The notes: generated from the sequence alone by a model not told the origin. Shown: positions 1-9,902, counted from the first letter of the stretch. The stretch: DNA of 64,000 nt from an uncultured Acidobacteriota bacterium (GCA_963750995.1 CAVVST010000005.1:508457-572456); one strand, 5' to 3'. Numbers and translations: made by a program.

Positions 1-589
1 ACGAACACGGCTGTAGTACGTCACCAATCCGTGCCACGTCCAGACTTCCGTGGTGAAGAAATCCGCTCCGGCGGTCACGGCCCAGTGCGCGCGCACGAAT
101 GTCTGCCAGGAGGTCGGCCGCTCAGGTTGAGGCGGCAGGCCGGCGGCCTTCAAGATCCGCGCGATTGTCGAACGGCCCACGCGATGCCCGACGTTCTGCA
201 AGCGCTCCTTGGATGCGCGTGTAGCCCCAGGTGGGATTCTCTTCTGCCATCCGCACCGTCAAGCGCCGAATCTCCGTCAGCACTCCACGACGACTCGCGC
301 GACGTCTGGCGTACGTCCACTTCCGGGCGACGAGCTGCCGATGCCAGCGCAGCAGCGTGTCAGGAGTGACGACAGTCGCGATCTCCCGCAACCGTCCACG
401 GCCCAACGGATACGCGCGTACGGCGAGTCGGCGCCGATCGTCGTCGGTCAACTGCAGGCGTCGGCCCCGCAGCTGGCGGCGAAGCACACGATTCTCTTCG
501 AGCAAATAACGAAGGACATCTCGTTCTTGGCGATTTAGCCATCTGGTGAGGAGCGTGAGCAGCAACTGGAACGCGGAAGCGTCGAACAC
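1..589 (-). pseudogene. rve-type (DDE) integrase/transposase, HTH N-terminus plus start of catalytic core; runs off the left edge; one frameshift near 202
   Basis: ORF 122..589 reads ..TLLRWHRQLVARKWTY..NPTWGYTRIQGA then leaves frame. Shifting one base at ~202 restores LQNVGHRVGRSTIARILKAAGLPPQPERPTSWQTFVRAHWAVTAGADFFTTEVWTWHGLVTYY down to position 1. Confidence 0.8.
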
Positions 590-1264
590 GGCCGGAGTCT
601 ATATCACGGGCGCAAGTCCTGCCGTCGTCCGTCGATCCAGTCATGGGACATTACGGGTGTGGTGTTCGACCGCGAACTCATCGATTTCGGCGCCCATGGT
701 GCGTTTGCGCCGCCCGTTCTTCATCCGAACGTCGAGTTCCGTCCAGGGATTGAGCTTGGACTGGGCGAGGTGACAACCCTCTTTGGGACGACCTACGCTA
801 TCGCCTACCGGTGCTGCGCTTGATGTTGTCGCTTTCATGCTTGAACTTCTTAGTACCAGGCCCATCACCTTCAGGCTTGTGAGAACCAACTGAAGCGGCG
901 CCTTTTTCCGACCCGGCACTCCTGCGATTCTGGCCCCTGCTGCCGTACGCTCCGCCAGCATTCCTTCCGACTTTATCGGCAGGCCCGCGCTGGGTTTGGC
1001 CAGAAACAGTCTTCTGGTGGTCGTTGTCTGTTGTCTTGTCTTGCTTCGAGTCGTGTTTTGGCTTCATGAGAACCTCGCCAGCTCAGCGAAGCAGAGCGGT
1101 ACCGGTAGGAATTCGTCGGAGAGACAATGCGTAGCTCCAGCCAGTCGAAACTAGAGGAAGATAGCCGCTTCGGACGGTCCAACGAGGAGCAGGCCATGAA
1201 GAAGTCGAAGTTGAAGCGCGTCTGTGCATAGACGATGCAAGCAAGCGTTCCGACGTGTACGAGC

Positions 1265-1906
1265 TCAGGAGCCGCTCCCGCGCGCGTCGCCCGGGGCGTC
1301 ACCGCACCCTTCCTCCCGAGCCTGGATCGGCTTCAAGGGCGTCTCCGAGGTGAAGGTCCCGGCCTGTATCTTGAGCATCTCGCCGACCTTCAGGAGAGAA
1401 CGGACGCGCACGCAACCAAACAGCGGGACCTTGGTGCAGAGCCCCTGGATATTTTCAAGCGCACCGGCGGCCGGCGTTTCGAATTCGACCCGGGAGGCGA
1501 GCTTGAAGTTGCGGGCCAATCTCTCGTTTCGGTAGACGATCCCGTCGCGGTCGGACAAGACGACGAGCTTGCCGCGGCCGGCGAGGAGCGCGGTCATTTC
1601 GAAATCCTGCCCGTGCTTGTCCTTTCCCCGGATGGGGGTCACGAGGTCCAACTCGAAGGCCGCGTCCACGGCGCGAAGTGCCTCTCGGGAAAAATAGAAG
1701 GTGCACGGCTCGCGGAATACGGCGTGAGTGAGGATATCGACGCTCCCCCAGCCCGCCGCCGCCGCGCGACCGAACACGTCGAGCGCCGTCTTCTCAGGCA
1801 GTTCCCGGACCCGAACCGAGGCGAGTTCCGGGGCCACCTGGGCGACCCAGGTCTTCACCTCCGACTTCACCTCGGGGAGGTCCTCGCATAGGGGCTCGGG
1901 GAACAC
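1265..1906 (-). CDS. hypothetical protein, no family recognised; possibly the 3' part of a longer frameshifted gene
   Basis: 213-aa ORF with protein-like composition. The frame stays open upstream to ~1995 without a start codon, and a plausible continuation (..FRMVIVEPDAGATDVIVI) lies in another frame. The overlapping + ORF 1235..1891 looks like GC-driven antisense. Confidence 0.4.
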   Translation of the reverse strand: MFPEPLCEDLPEVKSEVKTWVAQVAPELASVRVRELPEKTALDVFGRAAAAGWGSVDILTHAVFREPCTFYFSREALRAVDAAFELDLVTPIRGKDKHGQDFEMTALLAGRGKLVVLSDRDGIVYRNERLARNFKLASRVEFETPAAGALENIQGLCTKVPLFGCVRVRSLLKVGEMLKIQAGTFTSETPLKPIQAREEGCGDAPGDARGSGS

Positions 1907-2578
1907 GTGCGCCTCGACGGAAAGCGCGGTCAGACGCGCCTCAACGGGGATGATAACGACCTCGACAACACCAGGGCGGCCGGGCGCGACATCCTGAGAT
2001 TACGATGACGTCGGTCGCGCCCGCATCGGGCTCCACGATGACCATCCGAAACTGCGCAACCCCCATACGGTTGGGAGCGCCTGTGTAGTGACGGCTTTCG
2101 TGGGACCTTCAACGTGCAGGCCAGCGGGGAACTGCAGAATCTCGTCTTGACGGTCAGTTTTTGGGACGGAGAGCGCCGTTGTGGTTACGCCGCTGACACG
2201 CGCGATGCACTCGCCGCCGAAACCTCTGCATCCTTCGCCCCTTCGCTCACGTTCCTTTCGTGGGAAGAGTTCTCGCCTCCCCCTACCACTGTCAATCTGT
2301 TCCAGCCGTGCCCGTACCGATAACGACAACCCGACTGATCGCCGAGCTGTGGACCCAGCACGATCACCGTTCCATTCTCAAGCACGAGTTCCCGGGCGCC
2401 TACACCTACACCTTTATCCGACACTGACGGATTCGCGTCTTACTACGATCAACAGCAGCGCGAGCGTGAACGACGGTTGCGTGAGTTGATGGACAGTTAC
2501 CGCGAGCGGCAACCGTGACGAGCACCGACGACGACTTTCGAATGGGGTGCGTTCACAAACCCAAGCCGCGAGGGTGCT

Positions 2579-2762
2579 TCAGTTTAGTCCTCGCGTTTTT
2601 GGGGGCGGACTCTTCTTCGCAGCCTCAATGAGTGCGTTGTACGTGTCTGATTCGGTGCGAATTTGTTTCGCGATCGCGTCGTACTGGGGAGAGCCAGGTG
2701 TCGCGCTCCAATTGCTGCCACAACGCCTTGATGCGCTCCAGGCTCGCGGAAATCCTGTCCAT
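2579..2762 (-). pseudogene. small coiled-coil protein with one frameshift
   Basis: ATG at 2762 gives MDRISASLERIKALWQQLERDT. A one-base shift continues as PGSPQYDAIAKQIRTESDTYNALIEAAKKSPPPK to the stop at 2579. Confidence 0.3.
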
Positions 2763-3006
2763 CGTGGCTTGCTCTCAGGCTGGCGGTTTTTCCCCACTTT
2801 CCGTTTCTTCGACTTCGGTCTGCCGAGGGCGAGTGCTGGCCGTCGTGCCTATCTGCTGAGTCAGCCTCCAACGGTACCCGAAAACACGGGCCGACTGTAT
2901 CTACTAGAGGGACCGCTGGCGGCGTAAGGGCCACCGGAGGCGCCGGGCCGCCTCCAGAGGGCAACTGTGCGGTATTGAACAGTGGAGCTATTCCGTCTGC
3001 CGTAGG

Positions 3007-4113
3007 ATGAGTCTGATGCTCGAGCAATTTATCGAGATCAACCGCGAAGACATCATTTCCCGTTGCAGGGCGAAGGTCGCCACGCGGTCGGTTCCGCCGC
3101 CCACGGCAGCGGAAATCGATCATGGCGTGCCGTTGTTCCTCGACCAACTGGTGGCCGCGCTTCGCGGCGGCGGGACTAGACAAAACACCGAGATCACCAA
3201 CAGCGCGGTCTTGCACGGACGTGACCTCCTGCTTCAGGGATTCACCGTGTCGCAGGTTGTTCACGACTACGGCGACGTGTGCCAGTCCATCACCGACCTG
3301 GCGATGGAATTGAACGCGCCCATCAGCACCGACGACTTCCGCACCCTCAACCGCTGCCTCGACGACGCCATCGCGGGCGCGGTCACCGAGTTCGGGCGCG
3401 GGCGAACCCGTCAAGGAGTCGAGGGAGAAGCCGCGCGCGGGAGCGAGCGCCTAGGGTTTCTGGCTCACGAGTTACGAAACTTGACGAATACCGGGCTCCT
3501 TGCCTTCGAGGCCCTCAAGACGGGGAGCGTCGGAGTCGCGGGGAATACCGGACGGGTGCTTCAGCGCAGTCTCTTGGCGACACGCGGCCTGATTGAGCGT
3601 TCGCTCGGCGAGGTCCGCCTGACGCAGGGCGTCCAGCATCGGGAGCCGATCCAGATGTCGGGGTTCATCGAAGAAGTCACGCAGGCGGCGATATTGGAGG
3701 CAGGTGCCCGGGGCATCACATTCACGGTTATACCCGTCGTGGACGGCGTGACGGTCGAGGCAGACCGCCAGGTCCTCGCGGCGGTGATAGGAAACTTGCT
3801 GCAGAATGCCTTCAAGTTCACCCGGCCACTGACGACGGTCACGTTACGGGTGGGCGTCAGCACCGACCGCGTCTTCATTGACGTTGAGGACGAATGCGGC
3901 GGCCTCTCGCCTGGCAAGGTTGAGGAGTTGTTCAGCCCGTTCCAGCAACGCAGCACCGACCGCACGGGCCTTGGGCTTGGCCTCGCCTACAGCCGATGGG
4001 GCGCTCACGCGAACAACGGTGAGCTCCATGCGCGCAATCTGCCCGGGAAGGGATGCATCTTCACGGTCGACCTGCCGCGACACGCAGTCGCCACGCCGGT
4101 CGTGAACGTCTAG
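3007..4113 (+). CDS. cytoplasmic sensor histidine kinase (HisKA + HATPase_c)
   Basis: H-box LGFLAHELRNLTN, N-box GNLLQNAFKFT, G-boxes VEDECGGLSPG and TGLGLGLAYS. Intact 368-aa ORF. Confidence 0.9.
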   Translation: MSLMLEQFIEINREDIISRCRAKVATRSVPPPTAAEIDHGVPLFLDQLVAALRGGGTRQNTEITNSAVLHGRDLLLQGFTVSQVVHDYGDVCQSITDLAMELNAPISTDDFRTLNRCLDDAIAGAVTEFGRGRTRQGVEGEAARGSERLGFLAHELRNLTNTGLLAFEALKTGSVGVAGNTGRVLQRSLLATRGLIERSLGEVRLTQGVQHREPIQMSGFIEEVTQAAILEAGARGITFTVIPVVDGVTVEADRQVLAAVIGNLLQNAFKFTRPLTTVTLRVGVSTDRVFIDVEDECGGLSPGKVEELFSPFQQRSTDRTGLGLGLAYSRWGAHANNGELHARNLPGKGCIFTVDLPRHAVATPVVNV

Positions 4114-4283
4114 CCTGAGTCTAGCCAGCGCCCCCCATCACGCATTCGGTGATCCCGCTTTCCTTTTGAACTTCCGCGCGAACGACGTCCTTGGATAGCA
4201 GCGTCAGGACGGTGTGGCTACATTGCAGGAAGGACCGTGTGACCATAAAAATGTCCCATCCATTCGCGCATCGTCGGCGTCGA

Positions 4284-4742
4284 TTAGCGGGCGCCGCTGA
4301 GAACCGGAGCAAACTTCTGGATCCGTTTTCCCATATCGACTTCGCCCACGTAGACGTTTCCCCGTGTATCGATCCCGATTGCGTTCGGGAAGGTCATCTG
4401 GCCAGCGAGCCGGCCACTGCCGCCGAAGTACCCGAGGGTCTTGCCGCTTTGCCGCTCGACAATCCAGATGACGTCGTTATGCGCGTCCGCGACGAAGAGA
4501 TACTTCTGCTGCGGGTCCTTCGACATCACCATCTTGTACATGGTGCCGCAAATCGATTGGTAGAACGTCATGGGAACTGCCATGCTCGGGGCGTTGGGCA
4601 CACTGAGGCCGCCGCACCCGCCTCGCTGCGCGGGTGAGTTCGGCGACACGTAGATGTCCTGCAGCCACTTCCCTTCGGCGGTGAACACCTGGATCCGGTT
4701 CTGCCCTCGCTCGCCGATGTAAACGCGCCGGTCTTTCGAGAT
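4284..4742 (-). pseudogene. NHL-repeat beta-propeller protein, C-terminal fragment only
   Basis: Reads ISKDRRVYIGERGQNRIQVFTAEGKWLQ..LFVADAHNDVIWIVERQSGK..IGIDTRGNVYVGEVDMGKRIQKF (NHL blades). The frame is closed by a stop at 4743-4745, with no N-terminal half and no start codon. Confidence 0.65.
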
Positions 4743-4872
4743 CTACCAGGCGATTCGCGAGCACGCACCGGCCCGCGCCGCCAGCCTCATGGGCGACCAT
4801 TTGACCCACGCCGAGCAGGAACAGGAATGCGAGGATCTCGCCGGCGGCGGGCCGACCGGCACGGTGGACTAG
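4741..4872 (+). pseudogene. GntR/FadR-type regulator, C-terminal (FCD) fragment
   Basis: + frame reads IYQAIREHAPARAASLMGDHLTHAEQEQ.., stop at 4870-4872. It starts exactly where the opposite-strand NHL fragment ends. Confidence 0.35.
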
Positions 4873-5081
4873 CCCGAAGCCCAGAGCCCAACTTCGGGCT
4901 CTGTTCCGTCCTCGGCGAGTTCCTCGCTGTGAAGTCTTGGCGTTGAGAACAACTCTTCAGCGGGCGCCAGGAGATGGCGGAGACAGCGGGATTCGGTGCC
5001 GGTCGCGACGTGCGGAGCACGTCGCACCAAACCTAGAAGCCACTCGCTCCGACAAACGAGCGTGAGCGAAGTTTGGCGGAT

Positions 5082-5197
5082 AGAGTGGGATTCGAACTCT
5101 CACACCTCCTTTAGATTCTGTAAGTTACGCATTCCACAATGCCACGGTTGCCGTGAATACCAGCGATGCCGTGGCGCATTGCCCGCCATTTGCCCGC
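5082..5197. repeat. repeat family A/B, copy A (116 nt)
   Basis: Hand alignment to 25093..25207 gives 13 mismatches plus 1 indel over 116 columns, same orientation. Starts AGAGTGGGATTCGAACTC and ends GCGCATTGCCCGCCATTTGCCCGC. Confidence 0.85.
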
Positions 5198-5388
5198 AGG
5201 CTCGGCGTACTCTGTGGCTCTTCCTCTCATGTCAGAACCGCCGGCTCTCGGCCCTCTTGGTCGAGTTCCACAAGAACGTCGCGGATTGTTTTTGTTGTTG
5301 CGTAGCATCTCTGGAAGCTCACGCAGCACTATCGTCTGAAGATCGCGTTTGCCCGCGGTCGGAGCTCATCGTTAGGGACGAAGCCCGG

Positions 5389-5645
5389 CTACTTCTGCTT
5401 ATCGATCACCACTCGCCCGGCCGCATTCAGATAAACGCGATACTTATTGGCGTCCTTGCACGTCACGGCAAAGTCGCTTTCGGCCTGAACGGCCACTTCG
5501 ATGACCTCTCCGCACGGCAATCCCTGGAGTGCGATCACGCCGTCAGATCCTTCCTGAGCGTTTCATCGTCGGCCGCAAACGACGGCCCGGCGAAGAGCGC
5601 CAGCACGAGAAGCGATTGCGCGAATACCACGGTGCATCTATTCAT
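5389..5645 (-). pseudogene. small secreted protein with one frameshift
   Basis: ATG at 5645 gives signal peptide MNRCTVVFAQSLLVLALFAGPSFAADDETLRKDLTA, then a stop. A one-base shift continues VIALQGLPCGEVIEVAVQAESDFAVTCKDANKYRVYLNAAGRVVIDKQK to the stop at 5389-5391. Confidence 0.4.
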
Positions 5646-5860
5646 CGGGTCTCCAGATCAGCTTTGAAGGCCGGTAAACGTCTTCTCGTTTGCGAGTAGA
5701 GCCCAGATTGCCTCGCGCGAGGAGACGACGGCCGACGTCCTCATCTGCACGGCGCGAGTGTTCCAAACGGAACACCTAGCCACCAACTCGATCATGGCCC
5801 TTCCTGCTCAGTACGGCTACACAGGCGATCGCCCGCGATCTTCAATCCGGCGACGAGCTG

Positions 5861-7675
5861 CTACGCAGCGTGCGCGACGTTTGTCTCCGGAACGGGAATC
5901 CGCGGGATCTCCACGAGCCCGGCCAGGTAGGTCCGGGTTTCCAGCAGCGTCGAGGCCACGAGAGTCGCTCCGGTATCCCGAAGCACCTGGGTGCTCTCGT
6001 CCGCCAGCGCCGCCGGTCCCCAGCGCCCGACGAGAATTCGCAATTCGGGCAACGCAGCGCGGAGTCTCTTGACGAGATAACGCGTTTTCGACGATGGACT
6101 CGGTGGCAGATCGCCGAAGCATACGACCGAGAACCCTTGCGTGTGCACGAGCGACAGCAGGTCCGAGGCCTGCAGGCGCGTCCCGGTAATCTCGACGTGG
6201 ATTGGCAGATCGTCCACCAGATGGGCGAGCATCGCCAGCGCGAGCTCGTCGGCGACGCCGTTGGTCGCGTAGCCCAGCACGCGCAACGGTTCGCGCGGTC
6301 CGGGGAGCGGTGGACCGTCAGGCGGTGCGGGCGGCTCAGGGTTGAGGCCCCGGATTGACTCCGCGGCGTCCGACAGCAGCTCGCGCGTCGCATCGATGAC
6401 GACCATTTCTTCGTCGGGCGACAAGCGCTGCTCCAAGCGGTCACGCTCCGCGTAGTTGAGGGCAGGCAGCAGCAGGGCGTCGTACACCGAGCGCGGCGAC
6501 TCGGTCTTGATGTACCGCTCGATCAGGTCGGCCGCCTCGCTCTGATCGCGGGCGAGCAGGCGCTGGTAATACCCATACTCCGGCGCGAGCGCGGGCGTGT
6601 CGGCCAAGAGCGTCCCGAGGAACTCGAGACCTGGCACGTGTTTCCCGAGCACGACCAGGCACACGGTCAGCGGCGTTGCCAAGACCAGGCCGAGCGGCCC
6701 CCAGAGCCACGTCCAGAACGCCACAGATGCGAGCAGCGCCACCGCCGAGACGCCGGCCGCCCCGGCATACAACACCGTTTCGAGCACGAGATTCGTGAAC
6801 AGCTCGAGCACGACAAACAGCCCGACGACATAAAGCGGCCCGGCCCAGCCCTTCGCGGCCGCAAGGCTGACCAGGATCGGCGCGCCTGCACCCAGCGCCG
6901 GCCCGACGTATGGGATGAATCGGAGAACCGCAGCCAGCATCGCCCAGACCAGTGGGTACGGCACGTCGAGGACGTAGAGTCCGGCGCCGGCCGCGATGCC
7001 GTAGAGCAGATTGACGAGGGACTGCATCAACAGCTGCCGGCTGACCCGCGTCCCCGCCTCGTCAAACGCCTTCGTCGTGACGGCCAGCTGGCCATGACCC
7101 AACAGTCCGATCACCCGGTCGCGCAGGTCTCGTCGCTCGAGCAGCATGAAGATGACCATCGCCAACACGAGCCCCGCGGTGCCCAGCGGACCGACGATTG
7201 GACTGAGCCACGTGAAGCCCGAGAAACCCGTCACCTGCTCCGAGGTGACGACGACGGGCCGCGAGACCGTTCCTCTGGGCACCTCAGATTTTCCAAGGTC
7301 GGTCTTGATGTCTTCGATCGTGTCCTGCAGCTTCTCGACGGATCCCCCTTTGCCCGCACTGCGTACGTCGGCGATCTTCACCAGGATGTTCGCGCGGTAG
7401 CGCGGAAGGTCCTCGGCCAGATGGTCCATCTGCCGCGCCAGGCCCCAGCCGGCGAGACCAAGGACCGTGAACACCAGCGTCACCGTCGCGAGAACGGCAG
7501 GGATGCGGCCAATCCATCGTTCAAGCCACGTGACAGGAGGAGTCAGCACGAAGGTAAGCAGGATGGCGAGCGCGATCGGCACAAGTACGGCTTGCGCCCA
7601 GTACAGGACGACCACGACGAGGACACACCCGGCGAACGTCACCCACCGCCTCAGTGTCTTCGACGTGTCATCCAT
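5861..7675 (-). CDS. AI-2E family (PerM/UPF0118) permease with a ~250-aa C-terminal cytoplasmic extension
   Basis: Start MDDTSKTLRRWVTFAGCVLVVVVLYWAQAVLVPIALAILLTFVLTPPV.. with multiple TM segments. The tail LRVLGYATNGVADELALAMLAHLV..VVCFGDL..LRILVGRW looks like a Rossmann/B12-binding-like fold. Confidence 0.85.
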   Translation of the reverse strand: MDDTSKTLRRWVTFAGCVLVVVVLYWAQAVLVPIALAILLTFVLTPPVTWLERWIGRIPAVLATVTLVFTVLGLAGWGLARQMDHLAEDLPRYRANILVKIADVRSAGKGGSVEKLQDTIEDIKTDLGKSEVPRGTVSRPVVVTSEQVTGFSGFTWLSPIVGPLGTAGLVLAMVIFMLLERRDLRDRVIGLLGHGQLAVTTKAFDEAGTRVSRQLLMQSLVNLLYGIAAGAGLYVLDVPYPLVWAMLAAVLRFIPYVGPALGAGAPILVSLAAAKGWAGPLYVVGLFVVLELFTNLVLETVLYAGAAGVSAVALLASVAFWTWLWGPLGLVLATPLTVCLVVLGKHVPGLEFLGTLLADTPALAPEYGYYQRLLARDQSEAADLIERYIKTESPRSVYDALLLPALNYAERDRLEQRLSPDEEMVVIDATRELLSDAAESIRGLNPEPPAPPDGPPLPGPREPLRVLGYATNGVADELALAMLAHLVDDLPIHVEITGTRLQASDLLSLVHTQGFSVVCFGDLPPSPSSKTRYLVKRLRAALPELRILVGRWGPAALADESTQVLRDTGATLVASTLLETRTYLAGLVEIPRIPVPETNVAHAA

Positions 7676-8036
7676 AAGGCGCGACCGTTCGTGGGGCTGT
7701 GTCTCGCAGGACCGAGACCAAAGGTGCCCCCGCATCAATCTGCATGGCGGCTACCGGCGTGCGGGGGGATCGTAGACTCGCGACGTGTACGTTCGCCGAG
7801 CCTGCCAAGATCGGCGACAGCCCATCCGACTCAAACCCTGCGTCTGTAGAAGAACCCGCCGCCGCCGAGCAGCAGCACCACGAGGACGATGACGAGCAAT
7901 GTGGTCGTGTCCATGTTCTCTCCCTTGCGTTTGTAGGCTAACAACAGTGCAGGGTGGTGTCTGTTCCCTTCTGAACAAGTACCAAAGGCTCGCCAGCTCG
8001 AGTGCGAGACACTCGCCTCTCGGCGACTGCGACCAA

Positions 8037-8474
8037 TTACTCTTCAGGGGCGTGACGTTTCCCATAATCGCGAAGCGTCCGGCGCATATCCTCCACCACC
8101 TTCATCTGTTCGTGCGTTGCTTGCATCGTCTCGGCGGTGGCGCGCACGGCATCCATCGCGGCGTGACGGGCAGCCTCGGCAGCCGTTCGGGCGTCCTCGC
8201 CCGCGACCCGTGCCGATTCCGCTGCGCTGCGCAGGCGCTCGCTCTCCTCGCTCACTACCTCGAGCGCCTCACGATGCTGGTCTCGAACCATCCGCGCTTC
8301 CTCAGCCAATCGTCGGAACTGCTCCGCCTCTTTCCTCGCTCCCTCCGCGGAAATACGGTCGTGCTCCGTGACCGCGCGGCCCTGCTCGGCATCCTGACGG
8401 CTGTCCTCGGCCGCCTCCCGCGCGCTCTCTGACTGCCGGCGGTGCTGTTCGGGTGCGCCTTGATCGTGTGGCAT
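8037..8474 (-). CDS. hypothetical coiled-coil protein (Ala/Glu/Arg-rich)
   Basis: ATG at 8474 (MPHDQGAPEQ..), repetitive AE.AR heptad-like sequence. A + strand ORF overlaps it, so the strand choice is not certain. Confidence 0.4.
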   Translation of the reverse strand: MPHDQGAPEQHRRQSESAREAAEDSRQDAEQGRAVTEHDRISAEGARKEAEQFRRLAEEARMVRDQHREALEVVSEESERLRSAAESARVAGEDARTAAEAARHAAMDAVRATAETMQATHEQMKVVEDMRRTLRDYGKRHAPEE

Positions 8475-8481
8475 GAGATTC

Positions 8482-9015
8482 CTATCTTGAAGGTGCTTCT
8501 GCCGGCCGACGGACAAACCTTATGAGCAGGCCCCACCAGCCCGTCGGCGTCAGGGGCCATTCGCGGTCCGTGTAGCTCGCGTGGCATGCCTTACAGGTTT
8601 CGTACAGGTCGTCGCCGGCCTTCGATAGTGCGTCGATGTTCCTGGCTTCGGCCGCTGTTTGCGCCGCTCGCGCCCGAGTGACCAGCCCGCGAGACATCGC
8701 CATCCACGTAGTGTTGTCGCGTGTGCGGCCGCCGGTCATCAGAAGTTCTCCAGATTCGGCGAGCGTTATGGCGCTGTTCAGCACCGCCACCCACTGCAGA
8801 TCGGCCTTCGGAGGCTCAGACACCGCGGCGAAGATCACCTCTGATGAAGGGACCGTCATGGTCGCCATGATCACCTTGATCGTCGCCGGGGCTTTCGGAG
8901 GCTCCTGCGGCGCCGTTACGGTGGTGGCAACGAGAACCATGACGACGGTCGCGCTGAGTGATCGCACGAATCGACCATTGCGCCGCTGCTCAACCATCCT
9001 AACCTCGCGCTTCAT
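8482..9015 (-). CDS. class II cytochrome c (cytochrome c-prime / c556-like)
   Basis: Signal/TM segment SLSATVVMVLVATTVTAPQ, helical body, haem motif CKACH close to the C-terminus. Confidence 0.6.
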   Translation of the reverse strand: MKREVRMVEQRRNGRFVRSLSATVVMVLVATTVTAPQEPPKAPATIKVIMATMTVPSSEVIFAAVSEPPKADLQWVAVLNSAITLAESGELLMTGGRTRDNTTWMAMSRGLVTRARAAQTAAEARNIDALSKAGDDLYETCKACHASYTDREWPLTPTGWWGLLIRFVRRPAEAPSR

Positions 9016-9242
9016 CCGCACGACCTGCGACGTCAGCGAATCATGCTGATCGTTCCCGGCCAAGGCTGTTCGGAACCGTATCGCCCTATCCGAATCGTGG
9101 TTGTTCCACATTGCACAGCCCAATTCGAACCGTGGACCCTTCACCTCGGCAGTGTCGCTCACGCCGCGCTGCGCACGCGTGAGTGTGCACAACGGGACAG
9201 AATTCGTTCCGTATCGCAACTAACGTCGAACCCGAGGTGGTC

Positions 9243-9866
9243 ATGACGACACAGTCGGTTCGCTTACTGCTCGGCTCAGTGCTCGTATTCGCCGCAGCGT
9301 TCACTGGAGGCTCCATCGGCTCGGCGCAATCGTCCACTCCGCCGCTGGCGATCAATACCGCTCGCCTTTCCATCACCGGGACGTCGAATGTCCATGACTA
9401 CGCGGCGTCAACCACCAACGCTCGGGTAACGCGTGCGCGATTCGCCGCTACAGCACCAGGCGTGACGTTCTGGGAGGACCTGCAGGTGCCCGGTCGCCTC
9501 GAGGCGTTCGACCTGTCGATCCCCGCCGCCTCCCTGACGTCGCCGAAAGGCGACCTCGACGAGAACATGCATAAAGCGCTCAAGGTCACACAACATCCCG
9601 AGATCATCTTCAGCCTGACGCGGCTGGAAGGCACGGCCGGGATGTTGATGGCGTCGGGCACGCTGCGCATCGCCGGGGTCGCGCGCGAGGTGACGTTCCC
9701 GCTGAAGACCACACGGAACGGCGACAACCTGACGGTGACAGGCGCGCTCGACCTACTGATGACCGATTACGGCATCGCGCCGCCGAAGGCCATGCTCGGG
9801 ATGATCAAGGCGGGGCCGGGCATCAAGCTGACGTTCGACATTCTCGTCGCGATCACCACCACCTGA
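9243..9866 (+). CDS. YceI-like periplasmic protein
   Basis: Signal peptide MTTQSVRLLLGSVLVFAAAFTGGSIGSAQ. YceI-type body ..SITGTSNVHDY..VTGALDLLMTDYGIAPPKAMLGMIKAGPGIKLTFDILVA. Confidence 0.85.
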   Translation: MTTQSVRLLLGSVLVFAAAFTGGSIGSAQSSTPPLAINTARLSITGTSNVHDYAASTTNARVTRARFAATAPGVTFWEDLQVPGRLEAFDLSIPAASLTSPKGDLDENMHKALKVTQHPEIIFSLTRLEGTAGMLMASGTLRIAGVAREVTFPLKTTRNGDNLTVTGALDLLMTDYGIAPPKAMLGMIKAGPGIKLTFDILVAITTT

Positions 9867-9902
9867 GGGGACACCCACCCGCACCGGGACCGGAGACGAC
9901 TG

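Noticed and set aside
2584-3414. 276-aa minus-strand ORF overlapping the histidine-kinase gene
   Set aside because: It is Arg/Gly/Ala-rich with no motifs and lies antisense to a gene with clear H, N and G boxes. This is the typical long shadow ORF of high-GC DNA.
5082-5197. Repeat A/B as a tRNA, tRNA 3' att fragment or tmRNA end, because of GGGATTCGAAC
   Set aside because: The bases flanking the TTCGAAT loop do not form a 5-bp T stem (GAGAG or GCGAG versus CCCAC). There is no acceptor partner, anticodon arm or CCA context, and the two copies differ at 12% of positions, unlike att duplications.
6638-7849. 403-aa plus-strand ORF across the AI-2E permease locus
   Set aside because: Low-complexity Arg/Asp/His/Pro-rich translation, antisense to a permease with coherent TM segments.
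7899-8432. 177-aa plus-strand ORF opposite the coiled-coil gene
   Set aside because: I preferred the minus strand, which has an ATG and heptad-like AE.AR repeats, but neither strand has a recognisable family. It stays flagged as low confidence rather than being reported twice.
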